DNA from: Vulcanimicrobiota bacterium
GTDB taxonomy: Bacteria > Vulcanimicrobiota > Vulcanimicrobiia > Vulcanimicrobiales > Vulcanimicrobiaceae
Direction of reading: 5' to 3'
Assembly (NCBI GenBank): GCA_963820825.1
Contig: CAWGBN010000008.1
Span: forward strand, 32,001 to 96,000
DNA: 64,000 bases
Under the pieces are notes generated by a model, which saw only the letters and a program-made list of their open reading frames with translations, had not been told where the DNA came from and ran no database searches. Shown here one piece after another: positions 31,335 through 42,230 of the stretch; the first letter of the stretch is position 1; every line of letters begins with the position of its first letter. The translations under genes and the position numbers were made by a program.

Positions 31335-33182
31335 ATGGCTAAAACGGTCGGAATCGACCTCGGCACGACCAACTCCGTCGTCGCCGTTATGGAGGGCACG
31401 CAGCCCGTCGTTATCCCGAATGCCGAAGGCTCGCGTACGACGCCTTCGGTCGTCGCGTTTACGAAGACCGGCGAACGTCTCGTCGGCCAACTCGCAAAAC
31501 GTCAAGCGATCACCAATCCGGATCGCACCATCAGCTCGATCAAGCGTCACATGGGTGAGGCCGATTATCACGTCAAGATCGACGGCAAGGATTACACGCC
31601 GCAAGAAATCTCGGCGATGATCCTCCAAAAGCTCGTGAACGACGCGAGCAACTATCTCGGCGAGCGGGTGACCAAAGCGGTCATCACGGTGCCCGCCTAT
31701 TTCAACGATTCACAGCGCCAAGCGACGAAGGATGCCGGTAAGATCGCCGGTCTCGACGTGCTGCGCATCATCAACGAGCCGACGGCCGCGGCGCTCGCAT
31801 ACGGTCTCGAAAAGAAGGGGAACGAAACGATCCTCGTCTGGGACCTCGGCGGCGGCACGTACGACGTCTCGATCCTCGAAGTCGGCGACGGCGTCTTCGA
31901 AGTCAAAGCGACCAACGGCGACACGCGCCTCGGCGGCGACGATTACGATCATCGCATCGTCGAGTGGCTCGTCGACCAGTTCCGGCGCGACCAAGGCATC
32001 GACCTCAGTAAAGACAAGCAGGCGATGCAGCGGCTGACCGAAGCCGCCGAGAAGGCCAAGATCGAGCTCTCCTCGGTCGTTCAGACGAGCATCAATCTGC
32101 CCTTCATCACCGCCGATCAAGAGGGACCGAAACACCTCGACTACACGCTCACGCGAGCGAAGTTCGAGGAGCTGACGAGTGATCTCACCGATCGCTGCGT
32201 GGGCCCGTTCCGCAATGCGATCGCCGACGCCAAGCTCGACGTCTCCAAGATCGACGAGGTCATCATGGTCGGCGGTGCGACGCGCATGCCGGTCATTCAA
32301 GAACTCGTGCGTAAGCTCACCGGCAAGGAGCCGAACTTCACCGTCAATCCCGACGAAGTCGTCGCGGTTGGCGCCGCGATTCAAGCCGGCGTGCTCGCCG
32401 GCGAAGTTCGCGACGTCGTTCTGCTCGACGTCACGCCGCTCTCGCTCGGTCTCGAAACGCTCGGCGGCGTCATGACGAAGCTGATCGATCGCAACACGAC
32501 GATCCCGACGAAGAAGTCGCAGATCTTCACGACCGCCGAAGACGGTCAGACGTCGGTCGACATTCACGTGCTCCAGGGTGAGCGTCAGATGGCGGGCGAT
32601 AATAAGACGCTCGGACGCTTCCGGCTCGAAGGGATTCCCCCGGCGCCGCGCGGCGTGCCGCAGATCGAAGTTACCTTCAACATCGACGCTAACGGCATCG
32701 TCAATGTCAACGCCAAGGATCTCGGCACCGGCAAGGAGCAGGCGATTACCATCACCGCTTCGACCAATCTCAGCAAGGATGAGGTCGAGCGCATGGTGCG
32801 CGACGCCGAGCTGCAGGCCGAGGCCGACAAGAACAGGCGCGACGAGGCCGAAGTGCGCAACAACGCCTCGAGCTTGATCTACTCGACCGAGAAGTCTCTC
32901 AAGGAGGTTGGCGACAAGCTCGACACCGGCGCACGCGGCGAGGTCGAAACGGCGCTGAGCGAACTCAAACGTGTCAGCGAGAACGGCACCGTCGCCGAGA
33001 TCAAACCGGCGATCGACGTGCTGCAACAGGCAAGCTACAAGATGGCGGAGCTTCTGTACAAAGCGGCGGGACCGCAGGGCGAACAAGCGCCCTCGGGTGA
33101 CGGATCGTCGAGCGGCAACGGCGCCGCCGGGGCCGGCGCGGGCGAAGACGTCATCGACGCCGAGTTCAAAGAAGCCAAGTAG
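31335..33182 (+). CDS. dnaK: Chaperone DnaK
   Basis: [47 protein letters not shown]. Confidence 0.99.
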   Translation: MAKTVGIDLGTTNSVVAVMEGTQPVVIPNAEGSRTTPSVVAFTKTGERLVGQLAKRQAITNPDRTISSIKRHMGEADYHVKIDGKDYTPQEISAMILQKLVNDASNYLGERVTKAVITVPAYFNDSQRQATKDAGKIAGLDVLRIINEPTAAALAYGLEKKGNETILVWDLGGGTYDVSILEVGDGVFEVKATNGDTRLGGDDYDHRIVEWLVDQFRRDQGIDLSKDKQAMQRLTEAAEKAKIELSSVVQTSINLPFITADQEGPKHLDYTLTRAKFEELTSDLTDRCVGPFRNAIADAKLDVSKIDEVIMVGGATRMPVIQELVRKLTGKEPNFTVNPDEVVAVGAAIQAGVLAGEVRDVVLLDVTPLSLGLETLGGVMTKLIDRNTTIPTKKSQIFTTAEDGQTSVDIHVLQGERQMAGDNKTLGRFRLEGIPPAPRGVPQIEVTFNIDANGIVNVNAKDLGTGKEQAITITASTNLSKDEVERMVRDAELQAEADKNRRDEAEVRNNASSLIYSTEKSLKEVGDKLDTGARGEVETALSELKRVSENGTVAEIKPAIDVLQQASYKMAELLYKAAGPQGEQAPSGDGSSSGNGAAGAGAGEDVIDAEFKEAK

Positions 33183-33191
33183 CTTCGAGCG

Positions 33192-33734
33192 TTGACGCAT
33201 TCGATGTTCGACGATCAATCCGTCCTAAAGACGGAGGCCGGAGAGGCCACCATCGATGAAGCCGCGGCGGCTCCCTCGCTCGAGGAGCAGCTCGCCGCGG
33301 CCAACGCGCGTGCCGACGAGAATTACGGCAAGTTCTTACTGGCCGTCGCGGATTTCGACAACTACAGGAAACGAATCCAGCGCGACATGGACTCGATCGT
33401 ATCGTCGCGCCGGCGCATGATGCTCGAGCGTCTGCTTCCGGTCCTCGACAATCTTCAACGCGCCTTGCACTCCAATGCCGGCGGCGATACGTTGCGGGGC
33501 GGACTCGAGCAGACGTTGCGCGGTTTCGAAGCGGTTTTGGCAAGCGAAGGCGTCGCGCCAATCGAGGTGAAGGGCGCGCCGTTCGATCCGCGCATCGCCG
33601 AAGCCGTAGGCACCGCACCATCCGACGACGTCGCCGAAGATACCGTCGTCGAAGTTACCGAGAAGGGATACAAGCTCGGCGAAGATCTGCTTCGCCCCGC
33701 GAAGGTTATCGTAGCGAAGCGCTCTGACGCATGA
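33192..33734 (+). CDS. grpE: Nucleotide exchange factor GrpE
   Basis: [28 protein letters not shown]....LRPA.V.V. Confidence 0.96.
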   Translation: MTHSMFDDQSVLKTEAGEATIDEAAAAPSLEEQLAAANARADENYGKFLLAVADFDNYRKRIQRDMDSIVSSRRRMMLERLLPVLDNLQRALHSNAGGDTLRGGLEQTLRGFEAVLASEGVAPIEVKGAPFDPRIAEAVGTAPSDDVAEDTVVEVTEKGYKLGEDLLRPAKVIVAKRSDA

Positions 33735-34735
33735 ACTTTAAGGACTACTATGCCGTCTTGGGCGTTCCGAAGAGCGCGGCCGAGAAAGACATCAAGTCCG
33801 CCTATCGCAAGCTCGCGCGCAAGTGGCATCCCGACGCAAATCTCAAGAACCCCAAAGAGGCCGAGGAGAAGTTCAAGGAGATCTCCGAGGCCTACGAGGT
33901 TTTAGGCGATCCCGAGAAGCGTAAGAAATACGACGTCCTCGGACCGAACTGGCAGCAGGCCGCGCAACAGGCCGAGCAACAGCGCCGCTATCGCACCAAC
34001 GTCGGCGGCGAGGAGTTCGAGTTCGATCTCGGTAGTGCCGGTGGTCCGAGCGGATTCTCCGATTTCTTCGACGTCTTCTTCTCCGGCGTTGGGCGCCGCC
34101 AGACTGCGCAGGGCCCCGGCTTCGCGCGCCGCGGCCAAGATCTCGAGACGACGATCGAACTGAACTTGCGCGACGTTTATGCGGGGGGAACGAAAGCCGT
34201 CTCGCTGCAGATCGAAGACCTCTGTCCGCGCTGCCACGGAGCCGGCACCGAGGCGCGCCACCTCTGCCCCCAATGCCACGGCACCGGACGCGTTCTTATC
34301 AACAAGCGATTCGAAGTTACGATCCCCAAAGGCATCGGCGACGGACAGCGGATTCGCCTTGCCGGTCAAGGCGGCGCCGGAACCAACGGCGGACCGAACG
34401 GCGACCTTCATCTCATCGTCAAGCTCGACGAGGATCCGACGTACAAGCGGAAGGGCGACGATCTCTACGTCGACCTGCCGGTAAGCATCTACGATCTCAT
34501 CCTCGGCGGCGAAGTCAACGTCCCGACGCTCAGCGGCGAGGTCGCGATGATGATCCCAGCCGGTACGCAGAACAACCGCCTGCTGCGCCTCACCGGGCGC
34601 GGCATGCCGCGCGTACGAACCGGCGGCAGCGGCGACGAATACGTCCGCCTCATCGGCCAGCTTCCACAGAATCTCTCCGAGAAAGAGAAGAAGCTCTTCA
34701 AAGAGCTCGCCGCGCTCCGCAACGGCAAAGCCTAA
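33731..34735 (+). CDS. dnaJ: DnaJ-class co-chaperone (J domain, half zinc finger, C-terminal domain)
   Basis: KDYY..LGV, HPD, FSDFF, two CxxCxGxG motifs. Confidence 0.88.
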   Translation: MNFKDYYAVLGVPKSAAEKDIKSAYRKLARKWHPDANLKNPKEAEEKFKEISEAYEVLGDPEKRKKYDVLGPNWQQAAQQAEQQRRYRTNVGGEEFEFDLGSAGGPSGFSDFFDVFFSGVGRRQTAQGPGFARRGQDLETTIELNLRDVYAGGTKAVSLQIEDLCPRCHGAGTEARHLCPQCHGTGRVLINKRFEVTIPKGIGDGQRIRLAGQGGAGTNGGPNGDLHLIVKLDEDPTYKRKGDDLYVDLPVSIYDLILGGEVNVPTLSGEVAMMIPAGTQNNRLLRLTGRGMPRVRTGGSGDEYVRLIGQLPQNLSEKEKKLFKELAALRNGKA

Positions 34736-34747
34736 CCGTACGCTTCG

Positions 34748-34782
34748 CCCTTCGACCGCTCGCTGCGCTCGCGCTCGGTGAC
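34748..34782. repeat. REP-like dispersed repeat (degenerate)
   Basis: cccttcgac...gctcggtgac just downstream of the dnaJ stop. Confidence 0.55.
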
Positions 34783-34860
34783 GCAGGCAACCTGGGGTGG
34801 CCGGCCCGGGTTTAGCGAAGCACCCAGGCCCTTTGATTTGCTCAAAATGAGGAGAGGTTC

Positions 34861-35229
34861 GTGATCAAAGAAATTGCGTTCACCGCGTATCCGGCCAAAG
34901 ACGTCGCCGGGCTGCGCAAGTGGTACGAAGATAAACTCGGGTTGAAATTCAGCGGTCCGTACGAAGAGGACGGCGTCGAGAAATACAACGAAGCCAACGT
35001 CGGCGGCGGCTTCTTCAGCGTTCTTACCACCGAATGGGCCGATCGCGCGCCCGGCAGCGCATCCGGTGTCGTCTTCGAAGTCGACGACATCGACCAGACC
35101 GTCGCCGATCTGCGAGGCAAAGGCATCGAAGTGGAAGATCCGTACGCCACGCCGGTCTGCAAGATTACGTCGTTCAACGACATGGAGGGCAATAAAGTCT
35201 CGCTCCATCAGGTTACGGTACCGCACTAG
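34861..35229 (+). CDS. VOC/glyoxalase family protein
   Basis: WYEDKLGL, VVFEVDDID...L..KG, F.D.EGN; AGGAGAGG RBS. Confidence 0.9.
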   Translation: MIKEIAFTAYPAKDVAGLRKWYEDKLGLKFSGPYEEDGVEKYNEANVGGGFFSVLTTEWADRAPGSASGVVFEVDDIDQTVADLRGKGIEVEDPYATPVCKITSFNDMEGNKVSLHQVTVPH

Positions 35230-35248
35230 CCTTGAGCTCTGTCAAACG

Positions 35249-37054
35249 ATGATGGCCGGCCACGGGCTGATGTGGTCGAACATCTATCAGCCCGAAAAAC
35301 CGAAGGTGAAGCGGCGCGTCGAGTGGCGACGGCTCGGCGCGCTCTTCGCGCCGTATTGGCGCCAGCAAACGACCGTGCTGGCCTGCATCGTCGCGGTTTC
35401 GGCCTTGGGTCTGGCGCCCGGTTTCGTCGTTGCGCACATCATTGACGAGACGATCCCACATCGGAATCTGGCCGAGCTGGCGATCGACGTCGGCATCATT
35501 CTCGCGTCGGCACTCTTGGCGGCCGGCATCGGCGTTCTTCAGGGGTATCTGAACTCGGTCGTCGGCGAGGGGATCATGCGCGACATTCGCACGAGCCTCG
35601 TCGCGCATCTCCACCGCATGCCGCTGGACTTCTTCACCGGCACTAAGACCGGCGAGATCATGAACCGCGTGAGCAACGACGTGGACAACGTCGACAACGT
35701 CGTTACCGGCACGCTCACCACGATCGTCACCAACATCGTGGTCATTGTGACGACGCTCGTCGCGATGTTCCTATGGAACTGGCGGCTCGCTCTGATCAGC
35801 GTCGCTATCGTCCCGCTGATGGTCTTCCCGCTCGGCCCGGTCGGGCGCCGGATGTATCAGATTCGCAAAAAGACCCGTGAGAAACGCGACGAGATCGAGT
35901 CGATCACGCAGGAGACGCTCTCGATCTCGGGCATCACGCTGATCAAATCGTTTGCGCGCGAAGCCTACGAACGCTCGCGATTTTACGACGTCGGCACGCG
36001 GCTTATGCAACTCGAGATCGATCTCGCCATGGTCGGCCGCTGGTTCATCGCCTCGGTGACCGCGATGGTGGTCGTTGGGCCGGCGCTGGTCTGGTTCGGC
36101 GGTGGATGGCTGGCCGTCTCTTCCCAACTCAAGGTCGGCGTCATCGTCGCCTTCGTCTCGTTCATTCAAGGACGCTTGTACGGCCCCGCCGCCGCGCTCG
36201 CCGGAATCCAAGTTCAGATCGTCAGCGCCCTCGCCGTCTTCGAGCGAATCTTCGATTACCTCGACATGACGCCCGAGGAGTACGATCCGCCGGGGGCGAT
36301 CGCGCTTCCGAGCATCGCCGGCGATATCGCATTCGAGAACGTCGTCTTCGCGTACGAGAGCGGGCGCGACATTCTGCGCGACGTCTCCTTTCACGTGCGG
36401 CCCGGCGAGGTCGCCGCATTCGTCGGCCCGTCGGGAGCGGGAAAGACGACGATTACGCAACTCGTGCCGCGCTTCTACGACCCGCAGGGCGGACGCGTGC
36501 TCGTCGACGGTCACGACCTGCGCGAGATCACGCTCGAGTCGCTGCGCCGCGATATCGGCATCGTCACACAGGAGACCTATCTCTTTCACGACACCGTCGC
36601 CAACAATCTTCGGTACGGCAATCCGAATGCGACCGATGCCGAGCTCGAAGCCGCGGCGCGCGCGGCGAACATTGCCGACTTCATCGCCTCGCTTCCCAAG
36701 GGCTACGAAACCGTCGTCGGCGAGCGCGGCCATAAGCTTTCGGGCGGCGAGCGCCAACGGCTCGCAATCGCCCGCGTGCTGCTCAAGGATCCGCGGATTC
36801 TCATCCTCGACGAAGCGACGAGCTCGCTCGACTACGAAAACGAGGCCGCGATTCAGCGAGCGCTGGAAGTGGTGATGCGCGGCCGCACCAGTCTCGTGAT
36901 CGCGCATCGTCTCTCGACCGTCTTGGCCGCCGACGTGATCTTCGTGGTCGACGAAGGCCAGATCGTCGAGTCGGGCCGCCACGCGACCTTGCTCGCGCGC
37001 GGCGGCCTCTATTCACGACTCTATCGAACGCAGTTTGTAGACCGCTCCGCCTAG
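35249..37054 (+). CDS. ABC exporter, fused permease/ATPase
   Basis: Six-TM domain, GPSGAGKT, LSGGERQR, ILDEATS, IAHRLST. Confidence 0.96.
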   Translation: MMAGHGLMWSNIYQPEKPKVKRRVEWRRLGALFAPYWRQQTTVLACIVAVSALGLAPGFVVAHIIDETIPHRNLAELAIDVGIILASALLAAGIGVLQGYLNSVVGEGIMRDIRTSLVAHLHRMPLDFFTGTKTGEIMNRVSNDVDNVDNVVTGTLTTIVTNIVVIVTTLVAMFLWNWRLALISVAIVPLMVFPLGPVGRRMYQIRKKTREKRDEIESITQETLSISGITLIKSFAREAYERSRFYDVGTRLMQLEIDLAMVGRWFIASVTAMVVVGPALVWFGGGWLAVSSQLKVGVIVAFVSFIQGRLYGPAAALAGIQVQIVSALAVFERIFDYLDMTPEEYDPPGAIALPSIAGDIAFENVVFAYESGRDILRDVSFHVRPGEVAAFVGPSGAGKTTITQLVPRFYDPQGGRVLVDGHDLREITLESLRRDIGIVTQETYLFHDTVANNLRYGNPNATDAELEAAARAANIADFIASLPKGYETVVGERGHKLSGGERQRLAIARVLLKDPRILILDEATSSLDYENEAAIQRALEVVMRGRTSLVIAHRLSTVLAADVIFVVDEGQIVESGRHATLLARGGLYSRLYRTQFVDRSA

Positions 37055-37090
37055 CGCGAGAGCATCGGAGACGGCGGCGCGAGGACGCCG

Positions 37091-37336
37091 CTACTGGGCG
37101 TATTCGATGCCGAGATTAACCTCGTGAATGGCGCTCTTGACGTAGTTGATCGCGTTGACGCGATGGCCGCCCTTATCGGCCTGCGCCTGATTCAGCTCGT
37201 TGAGCGCCGAATCGAGGTCGGTCCGCGCGTTCTCCATATGGGTTTGAACCGCGAGCGCGACGCCGGCGCCAATCGCTGCGAAGAAGAGCGCGAATACCAA
37301 TGCGAGCCCGATTGAACGAAGCTTGAGCTTGAACAT
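37091..37336 (-). CDS. Small secreted helical protein
   Basis: GGAGG RBS, signal peptide, QTHM..A...L...DKGGHR..A motif. Confidence 0.75.
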   Translation of the reverse strand: MFKLKLRSIGLALVFALFFAAIGAGVALAVQTHMENARTDLDSALNELNQAQADKGGHRVNAINYVKSAIHEVNLGIEYAQ

Positions 37337-37395
37337 GGATCCTCCTTGAGAGAGACGCGAGCTATGCTGCGAAGCTCGTTCGCAGGGGATGGAAT

Positions 37396-38064
37396 CTATC
37401 CCTCGCCTCTTACGTCCATGACCATCGGCTCGACCGGGACGTGCAGTTCCGGTTCGGTCGCCGCGCGTACTTCGTCGAGCGTTACGCCCGGCGCGAGCTC
37501 GCGCAAGACCAGTCCATCCGGCGTGATGTCGATCGTCGCCATGTCGGTGATGATGCGCTGGACGACCCGTTTTCCGGTTAACGGGAGCGAACAGTTGCGC
37601 AGAATCTTGTGCGCGTTCCCCTTCGCGACGTGCTCCATCATCACGATGACGCGCTTTGCTCCGTGCACCAGATCCATCGCGCCGCCCATTCCCTTTACCA
37701 TCTTGCCGGGGATCATCCAGTTCGCGAGGTCGCCCTGTTCGGAGACTTGCATCGCGCCGAGCACGGCGAGATCGATGTGGCCGCCGCGGATCATCCCAAA
37801 CGAGAGCGACGAGTCGAAGAACGACGCGCCGGGAAGCACGGTCACCGTCTCCTTACCGGCATTGATCAGATCGGCATCCTCCTCGCCTTCGAACGGATAC
37901 GGCCCCATGCCGAGGATGCCGTTTTCGCTCTGCAGCGTGACGGTCACATCCGATGCGACGTAGTTCGGCACGAGCGTCGGCAGGCCGATCCCGAGATTGA
38001 CGTACTGGCCGTCGCGCAACTCCTGCGCCACGCGCGCCGCGAGTTGAGTTCGTGTGAGAGCCAC
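37396..38064 (-). CDS. scoB: 3-oxoacid CoA-transferase subunit B
   Basis: [24 protein letters not shown]. Confidence 0.92.
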   Translation of the reverse strand: MALTRTQLAARVAQELRDGQYVNLGIGLPTLVPNYVASDVTVTLQSENGILGMGPYPFEGEEDADLINAGKETVTVLPGASFFDSSLSFGMIRGGHIDLAVLGAMQVSEQGDLANWMIPGKMVKGMGGAMDLVHGAKRVIVMMEHVAKGNAHKILRNCSLPLTGKRVVQRIITDMATIDITPDGLVLRELAPGVTLDEVRAATEPELHVPVEPMVMDVRGEG

Positions 38065-38819
38065 TATGCGGGTCGCTTTCTCGTGGTGACGCGTTCGATG
38101 CGTTTGCCTTGCGCGCCGACGTGCACGATTCGCTGCACGAAGACGCCGGGCAAGTGGACCTGCTCCGGATCGATCGTGCCCGGTTCGACGAGCTCCTCGA
38201 CCTCGGCGATCGTGATCTTCCCAGCCATCGCGCAGAGCGGATTGAAGTTACGCGTGGCTTTGTGAAAGATCAGGTTGCCGGCCCGGTCGCCGATCGATGC
38301 GCGAACGAGCGCGAAATCGCAGACGATCCCGGCTTCGAGCACGTACTCGCGATTGTTGAAGACGCGCGTCTCTTTTTTCGGTGAAGCGATCGCGACGCTG
38401 CCGTCGGATTTGTAACGCCAGGGCAAGCCCCCGTCCGCTACGAGCGTTCCATCGCCCGCCGGCGTGTAGAAGGCGGGAATGCCGCATCCGCCGGCCCGCA
38501 GCCGTTCGGCGAGCGTTCCCTGCGGAACGAGCTCGACTTCGAGCTCGCCGCTGAGATACTGCCGCTCGAACTCGCGGTTCTCGCCGACATAGGAGCCGGT
38601 CGTGCGCCGGATGCGCTTGTTGTCGAGCAAGACGCCGAGCCCCCAGCCGTCAACGCCGCAGTTGTTCGAGACGGTAACTAGCTCCGAGGCGCCCTGTTCG
38701 AGGAGCGCCTCGATGAGATTGTGCGGAATGCCGCTGAGCCCGAAGCCCCCGACCGCGATCGAGGCGCCGCTCGGGATGTCGGCGACGGCCTCGGCGCTGG
38801 AGGCATAGACCTTCTCCAT
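38064..38819 (-). CDS. scoA: 3-oxoacid CoA-transferase subunit A
   Basis: [33 protein letters not shown]. Confidence 0.92.
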   Translation of the reverse strand: MEKVYASSAEAVADIPSGASIAVGGFGLSGIPHNLIEALLEQGASELVTVSNNCGVDGWGLGVLLDNKRIRRTTGSYVGENREFERQYLSGELEVELVPQGTLAERLRAGGCGIPAFYTPAGDGTLVADGGLPWRYKSDGSVAIASPKKETRVFNNREYVLEAGIVCDFALVRASIGDRAGNLIFHKATRNFNPLCAMAGKITIAEVEELVEPGTIDPEQVHLPGVFVQRIVHVGAQGKRIERVTTRKRPA

Positions 38820-38920
38820 GAGGGCCTAAATGCGCCGACGGAAACGAAGTCGCCTTCGTGGAACCTCTGCACGTATGACTACGGCACCGGACTTCAATTG
38901 CAAGCAGCGACGAAGAGGCG

Positions 38921-40039
38921 ATGATCCTCGCGATGGTTCGCGAGCTCGTCGTCGAAAAAGTCGCGCCGCGCGCCGCTGAGATCGACGCGACCGGCGAGTT
39001 CCCATGGGACGTCAAGGAGCTCTTCGCGCAGAACGACCTGTTCGGCATCCCGATTCCCGCCGAGTACGGCGGTCTGGGCGGAACGTTCCTCACCTACGTG
39101 AAGGTGGTCGAAGAGATTGCTAAGGCCTGCGCCTCGAGCGCACTCATCGTCGCGGTTCAGGAACTGGGGATGCTGCCGATCGTCATCGGCGGCAGCGACG
39201 AACAGAAACGTCGCTTCTTGCCGAAGATCGCATCGGGCGAGCACCTCGTCGCCTACGCGCTCACCGAAGTCTCGAGCGGATCGGACGCGCTGGGCTCCAT
39301 GCGCACGCGCGCCGAGAAGCGCGGCGACGCCTACGTGCTCAACGGCCAAAAGATTTGGATCACGAACGGAAGCGTCGCCGACGTCGTCTGCGTCTTCGCG
39401 GTTACCGATCCTGCTGCCGGCTCACGCGGCGTTACCGCATTCGTCGTCGAGAAGGGAACGCCCGGATTCTCCGTCGGCAAGACCGAGAAGAAAATGGGCA
39501 TTCGCGGCTCGCCGACGGTCGAGCTCGTCTTTGCGGATTGCGAAGTTCCGGCAGCAAACCGGCTCGGCGAAGAAGGCCAGGGCTTCAAGATCGCGATGAA
39601 GGTGCTCGACAAGTCGCGGCCCGGCATCGCGGCGCAGGCGCTCGGCATCGCGGCCGGCGCGCTCGACTATGCGACCGGCTACGCCAAAGAGCGCGTCGCG
39701 TTCGGCAAACCGATCGGCCAGCATCAAGGCGTCGGGTTCATGCTCGCCGACATGAAGACCGAGGTCGAGTCGGCGCGACTGCTTCTTTACGAAGCGGCAC
39801 GACGGTGCGACGAAGGCGCATCCGACGTGACGCTCTGGGCCGCGATGGCGAAGCTTAAATGTGGCGACGTTGCGATGTCGGTTACGACCGACGCCGTACA
39901 GGTGCTCGGCGGTTTCGGCTACTCGGCCGAGTATCCGGTCGAGCGCATGATGCGCGACGCCAAGATCACGCAGATTTACGAGGGAACGCAGCAGATCCAG
40001 CGGTTGGTCATCTCGCGCAATCTCGTCGGAAGAGCCTAA
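38921..40039 (+). CDS. Acyl-CoA dehydrogenase
   Basis: YALTE..SGSD, NGQKIWITNG, KMGIRGS, GG.GY..EYPVER..RDAKITQIYEGT. Confidence 0.96.
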   Translation: MILAMVRELVVEKVAPRAAEIDATGEFPWDVKELFAQNDLFGIPIPAEYGGLGGTFLTYVKVVEEIAKACASSALIVAVQELGMLPIVIGGSDEQKRRFLPKIASGEHLVAYALTEVSSGSDALGSMRTRAEKRGDAYVLNGQKIWITNGSVADVVCVFAVTDPAAGSRGVTAFVVEKGTPGFSVGKTEKKMGIRGSPTVELVFADCEVPAANRLGEEGQGFKIAMKVLDKSRPGIAAQALGIAAGALDYATGYAKERVAFGKPIGQHQGVGFMLADMKTEVESARLLLYEAARRCDEGASDVTLWAAMAKLKCGDVAMSVTTDAVQVLGGFGYSAEYPVERMMRDAKITQIYEGTQQIQRLVISRNLVGRA

Positions 40040-40045
40040 GCCGCG

Positions 40046-41464
40046 ATGCGAAAAAGATCGACGCCGTGCCGCTTGCTGCTCGGCCTGCTCGTCGTGGGCC
40101 TTTCCGCCTGCGCACAGCCGGTGACCGCCCGAGATTCTGCACCGGGCGCACCCGCACTCGCGGCCAAGAGCGCCGCCGCTCGCCCGGCCGGCCTTCGAAC
40201 CGGCGTTACCCGCGCGCTCCTGGGCGGCGGGAAGGTCAAGCACGTCATCATCATCGTTCAGGAGAACCGCTCTCCCGACGATCTCTTCAGCGGATTGCCG
40301 GGCGCCGACACCGTTACGTCAGGTGAAAACACTGCCGGTACGCAGACTCGCTTGCGCAAGATCTCGATAACCGCACCCTACGATCTCTCGCACTCCAACA
40401 ACGGCTTCAACGTCGAGTACGACGGCGGCCGGATGGACGGCTTCAATCTCGAGCATTCCAGCTGCGACGCCCCTAACGGCGCCAAATGCGTTCCCGACCG
40501 GCAGTTTCGCGCCTACGGCATCGTCCCGCAGAGTGAGGTGCAGCCCTACTTCACCTTGGCCGAGCAGTACGTGTTCGCAGACAAGATGTTTGCGACGCAA
40601 GAGGGACCGAGTTTTGCCGCCCATCAGTACATTCTGAGCGGAACGTCGACCATTGCGGCGAGCTCCACGTTGCGCGCCGCGGAGAATCCGCTCAATGCGG
40701 AGCAAAAGTTTACCGGCGGATGCGATTCGCCGACGGGCTCGCTGGTTATGCTCATCGATTCCAACGGCACCGAGAATCAACAGGTCTATCCGTGCTTCGA
40801 GCGACCCGCGCTGCCCGATCTCATCGAAGGCAAGGGCCTGACGTGGCACTACTACGTCTCCCATCTCGGCCCCGGACTCTGGAATGCCCCCGACGCGATC
40901 AAACATATTCGCGAAGGCTCCCGATACTCAACCGACGTCGTCGCACCGCCGTCGCAGGTGCTCACCGACGTCAGCAACGGCGACTTGGCGAACGTCGTCT
41001 GGGTTACGCCGACGGCGAAGGCGTCGGATCACGCCGGCATCACCGATGGAAGCGGTCCCGATTGGGTCGCATCGATCGTGAATGCCATCGGCACGAGCAA
41101 ATATTGGAAGAACTCCGCGATCTTCGTCACCTGGGACGATTGGGGCGGCTGGTACGATCACGTGCCGCCGATGCAATACAACTCGTTCGAGCTCGGTTTT
41201 CGCGTACCGCTCATCGCGATCGGTCCCTACGCGAAGCAGGGCTATATCTCGCACCAGCAGCACGAGTTCGGCAGCCTCTTGAAGTTTGCCGAGAAGACCT
41301 TCGGTCTCGGCTCGCTCGGAGCCACCGACGTCCGTGCCGACGACCTTTCCGATTGCTTCAACTTCTCGCAGAAGCCGCGCGCCTTCGTGCCGATTCACAC
41401 GAAGCGCAGCGCCGCCTACTTCCTACGCCAGCCGATCTCGATGGAAGCCCCCGACAACGAATAA
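40046..41464 (+). CDS. Phosphoesterase/phospholipase C family lipoprotein
   Basis: LSAC lipobox, KHVIIIVQENRS.D, TWDDWGGWYDHV.P, GFRVP. Confidence 0.9.
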   Translation: MRKRSTPCRLLLGLLVVGLSACAQPVTARDSAPGAPALAAKSAAARPAGLRTGVTRALLGGGKVKHVIIIVQENRSPDDLFSGLPGADTVTSGENTAGTQTRLRKISITAPYDLSHSNNGFNVEYDGGRMDGFNLEHSSCDAPNGAKCVPDRQFRAYGIVPQSEVQPYFTLAEQYVFADKMFATQEGPSFAAHQYILSGTSTIAASSTLRAAENPLNAEQKFTGGCDSPTGSLVMLIDSNGTENQQVYPCFERPALPDLIEGKGLTWHYYVSHLGPGLWNAPDAIKHIREGSRYSTDVVAPPSQVLTDVSNGDLANVVWVTPTAKASDHAGITDGSGPDWVASIVNAIGTSKYWKNSAIFVTWDDWGGWYDHVPPMQYNSFELGFRVPLIAIGPYAKQGYISHQQHEFGSLLKFAEKTFGLGSLGATDVRADDLSDCFNFSQKPRAFVPIHTKRSAAYFLRQPISMEAPDNE

Positions 41465-41489
41465 CGCCTGCAAGGCGTTGTCAGGCTTT

Positions 41490-41533
41490 TGTCACCCTGA
41501 GCTTGTCGAAGGGCTGACAGAGCTGTCATCCTG
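41490..41533. repeat. REP-like dispersed repeat (reverse orientation) between convergent genes
   Basis: Reverse complement cccttcgacaagctcagggtgaca plus a second tgtcatcctg. Confidence 0.7.
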
Positions 41534-41540
41534 GGCACCT

Positions 41541-42224
41541 TCAGCGGGAGACGGGCTTGAGGCGAGCGATGATGCGTGGGGTTGGGCAGAGGTGGCTCAC
41601 CGGGCAGCGGTCGCAGAGCGGGGTCGGCGCTTTGCAGACTTGACGGCCGTGCATGATCAGCCAGTGCGTCGTGTCGCCCCACTTCTTCGGCGGTACGAGC
41701 GCGGTGAGATCTTCTTCTACTTGGCGCGGCGTCGTGCCGAGGGTGATTCCAAGTCGATGCGCGACGCGAAAGACGTGCGTGTCGACGGCGAGCGCTTCGG
41801 CGTGGAAGGCTGCCGCCATAACGACGCTCGCCGTCTTGCGGCCGACGCCGGCGAGCGATTCTAACTCCTCGCGTTCGTGCGGAACTTTGCCCCCGAAGCG
41901 CTCGACGATATCGCGTGCGCAGGCGATGATGTTCTTCGCTTTCATACGGAAGAAACCGCACGATTTGATGATGCTCTCGACGTCGGGCTGGCGCGCGCGC
42001 GCGAGCTTCTCCGCAGTCGGATACTTGGCGAAGAGCGCCGGGGTCGTGGCGTTGACGCGCGCATCGGTGCATTGCGCCGAGAGAATCACCGCGATCAGCA
42101 GCTGAAACTCATTACCGTACTCGAGCGCGGTCACCGCATGCGGGTAGGTGCGCTCCAGAATCGCCAGCTGCTCGACGGCAACCTTGCGCGGAACTCTTCT
42201 CTTTGGAAATGGAATGCGCGGCAC
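41541..42224 (-). CDS. nth: Endonuclease III
   Basis: ILSAQCTD.RVN, GVGRKTA, VDTHV.R, C-x6-C-x2-C-x5-C. Confidence 0.96.
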   Translation of the reverse strand: MPRIPFPKRRVPRKVAVEQLAILERTYPHAVTALEYGNEFQLLIAVILSAQCTDARVNATTPALFAKYPTAEKLARARQPDVESIIKSCGFFRMKAKNIIACARDIVERFGGKVPHEREELESLAGVGRKTASVVMAAAFHAEALAVDTHVFRVAHRLGITLGTTPRQVEEDLTALVPPKKWGDTTHWLIMHGRQVCKAPTPLCDRCPVSHLCPTPRIIARLKPVSR

Positions 42225-42230
42225 GCTCGG

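Noticed and set aside
38875..38921. Upstream ATG (MTTAPDF...) out of frame with the acyl-CoA dehydrogenase
   Set aside because: Either a one-base error or irrelevant. An in-frame ATG with a GAAGAGG RBS-like sequence exists at 38921 and there is no evidence for recoding.
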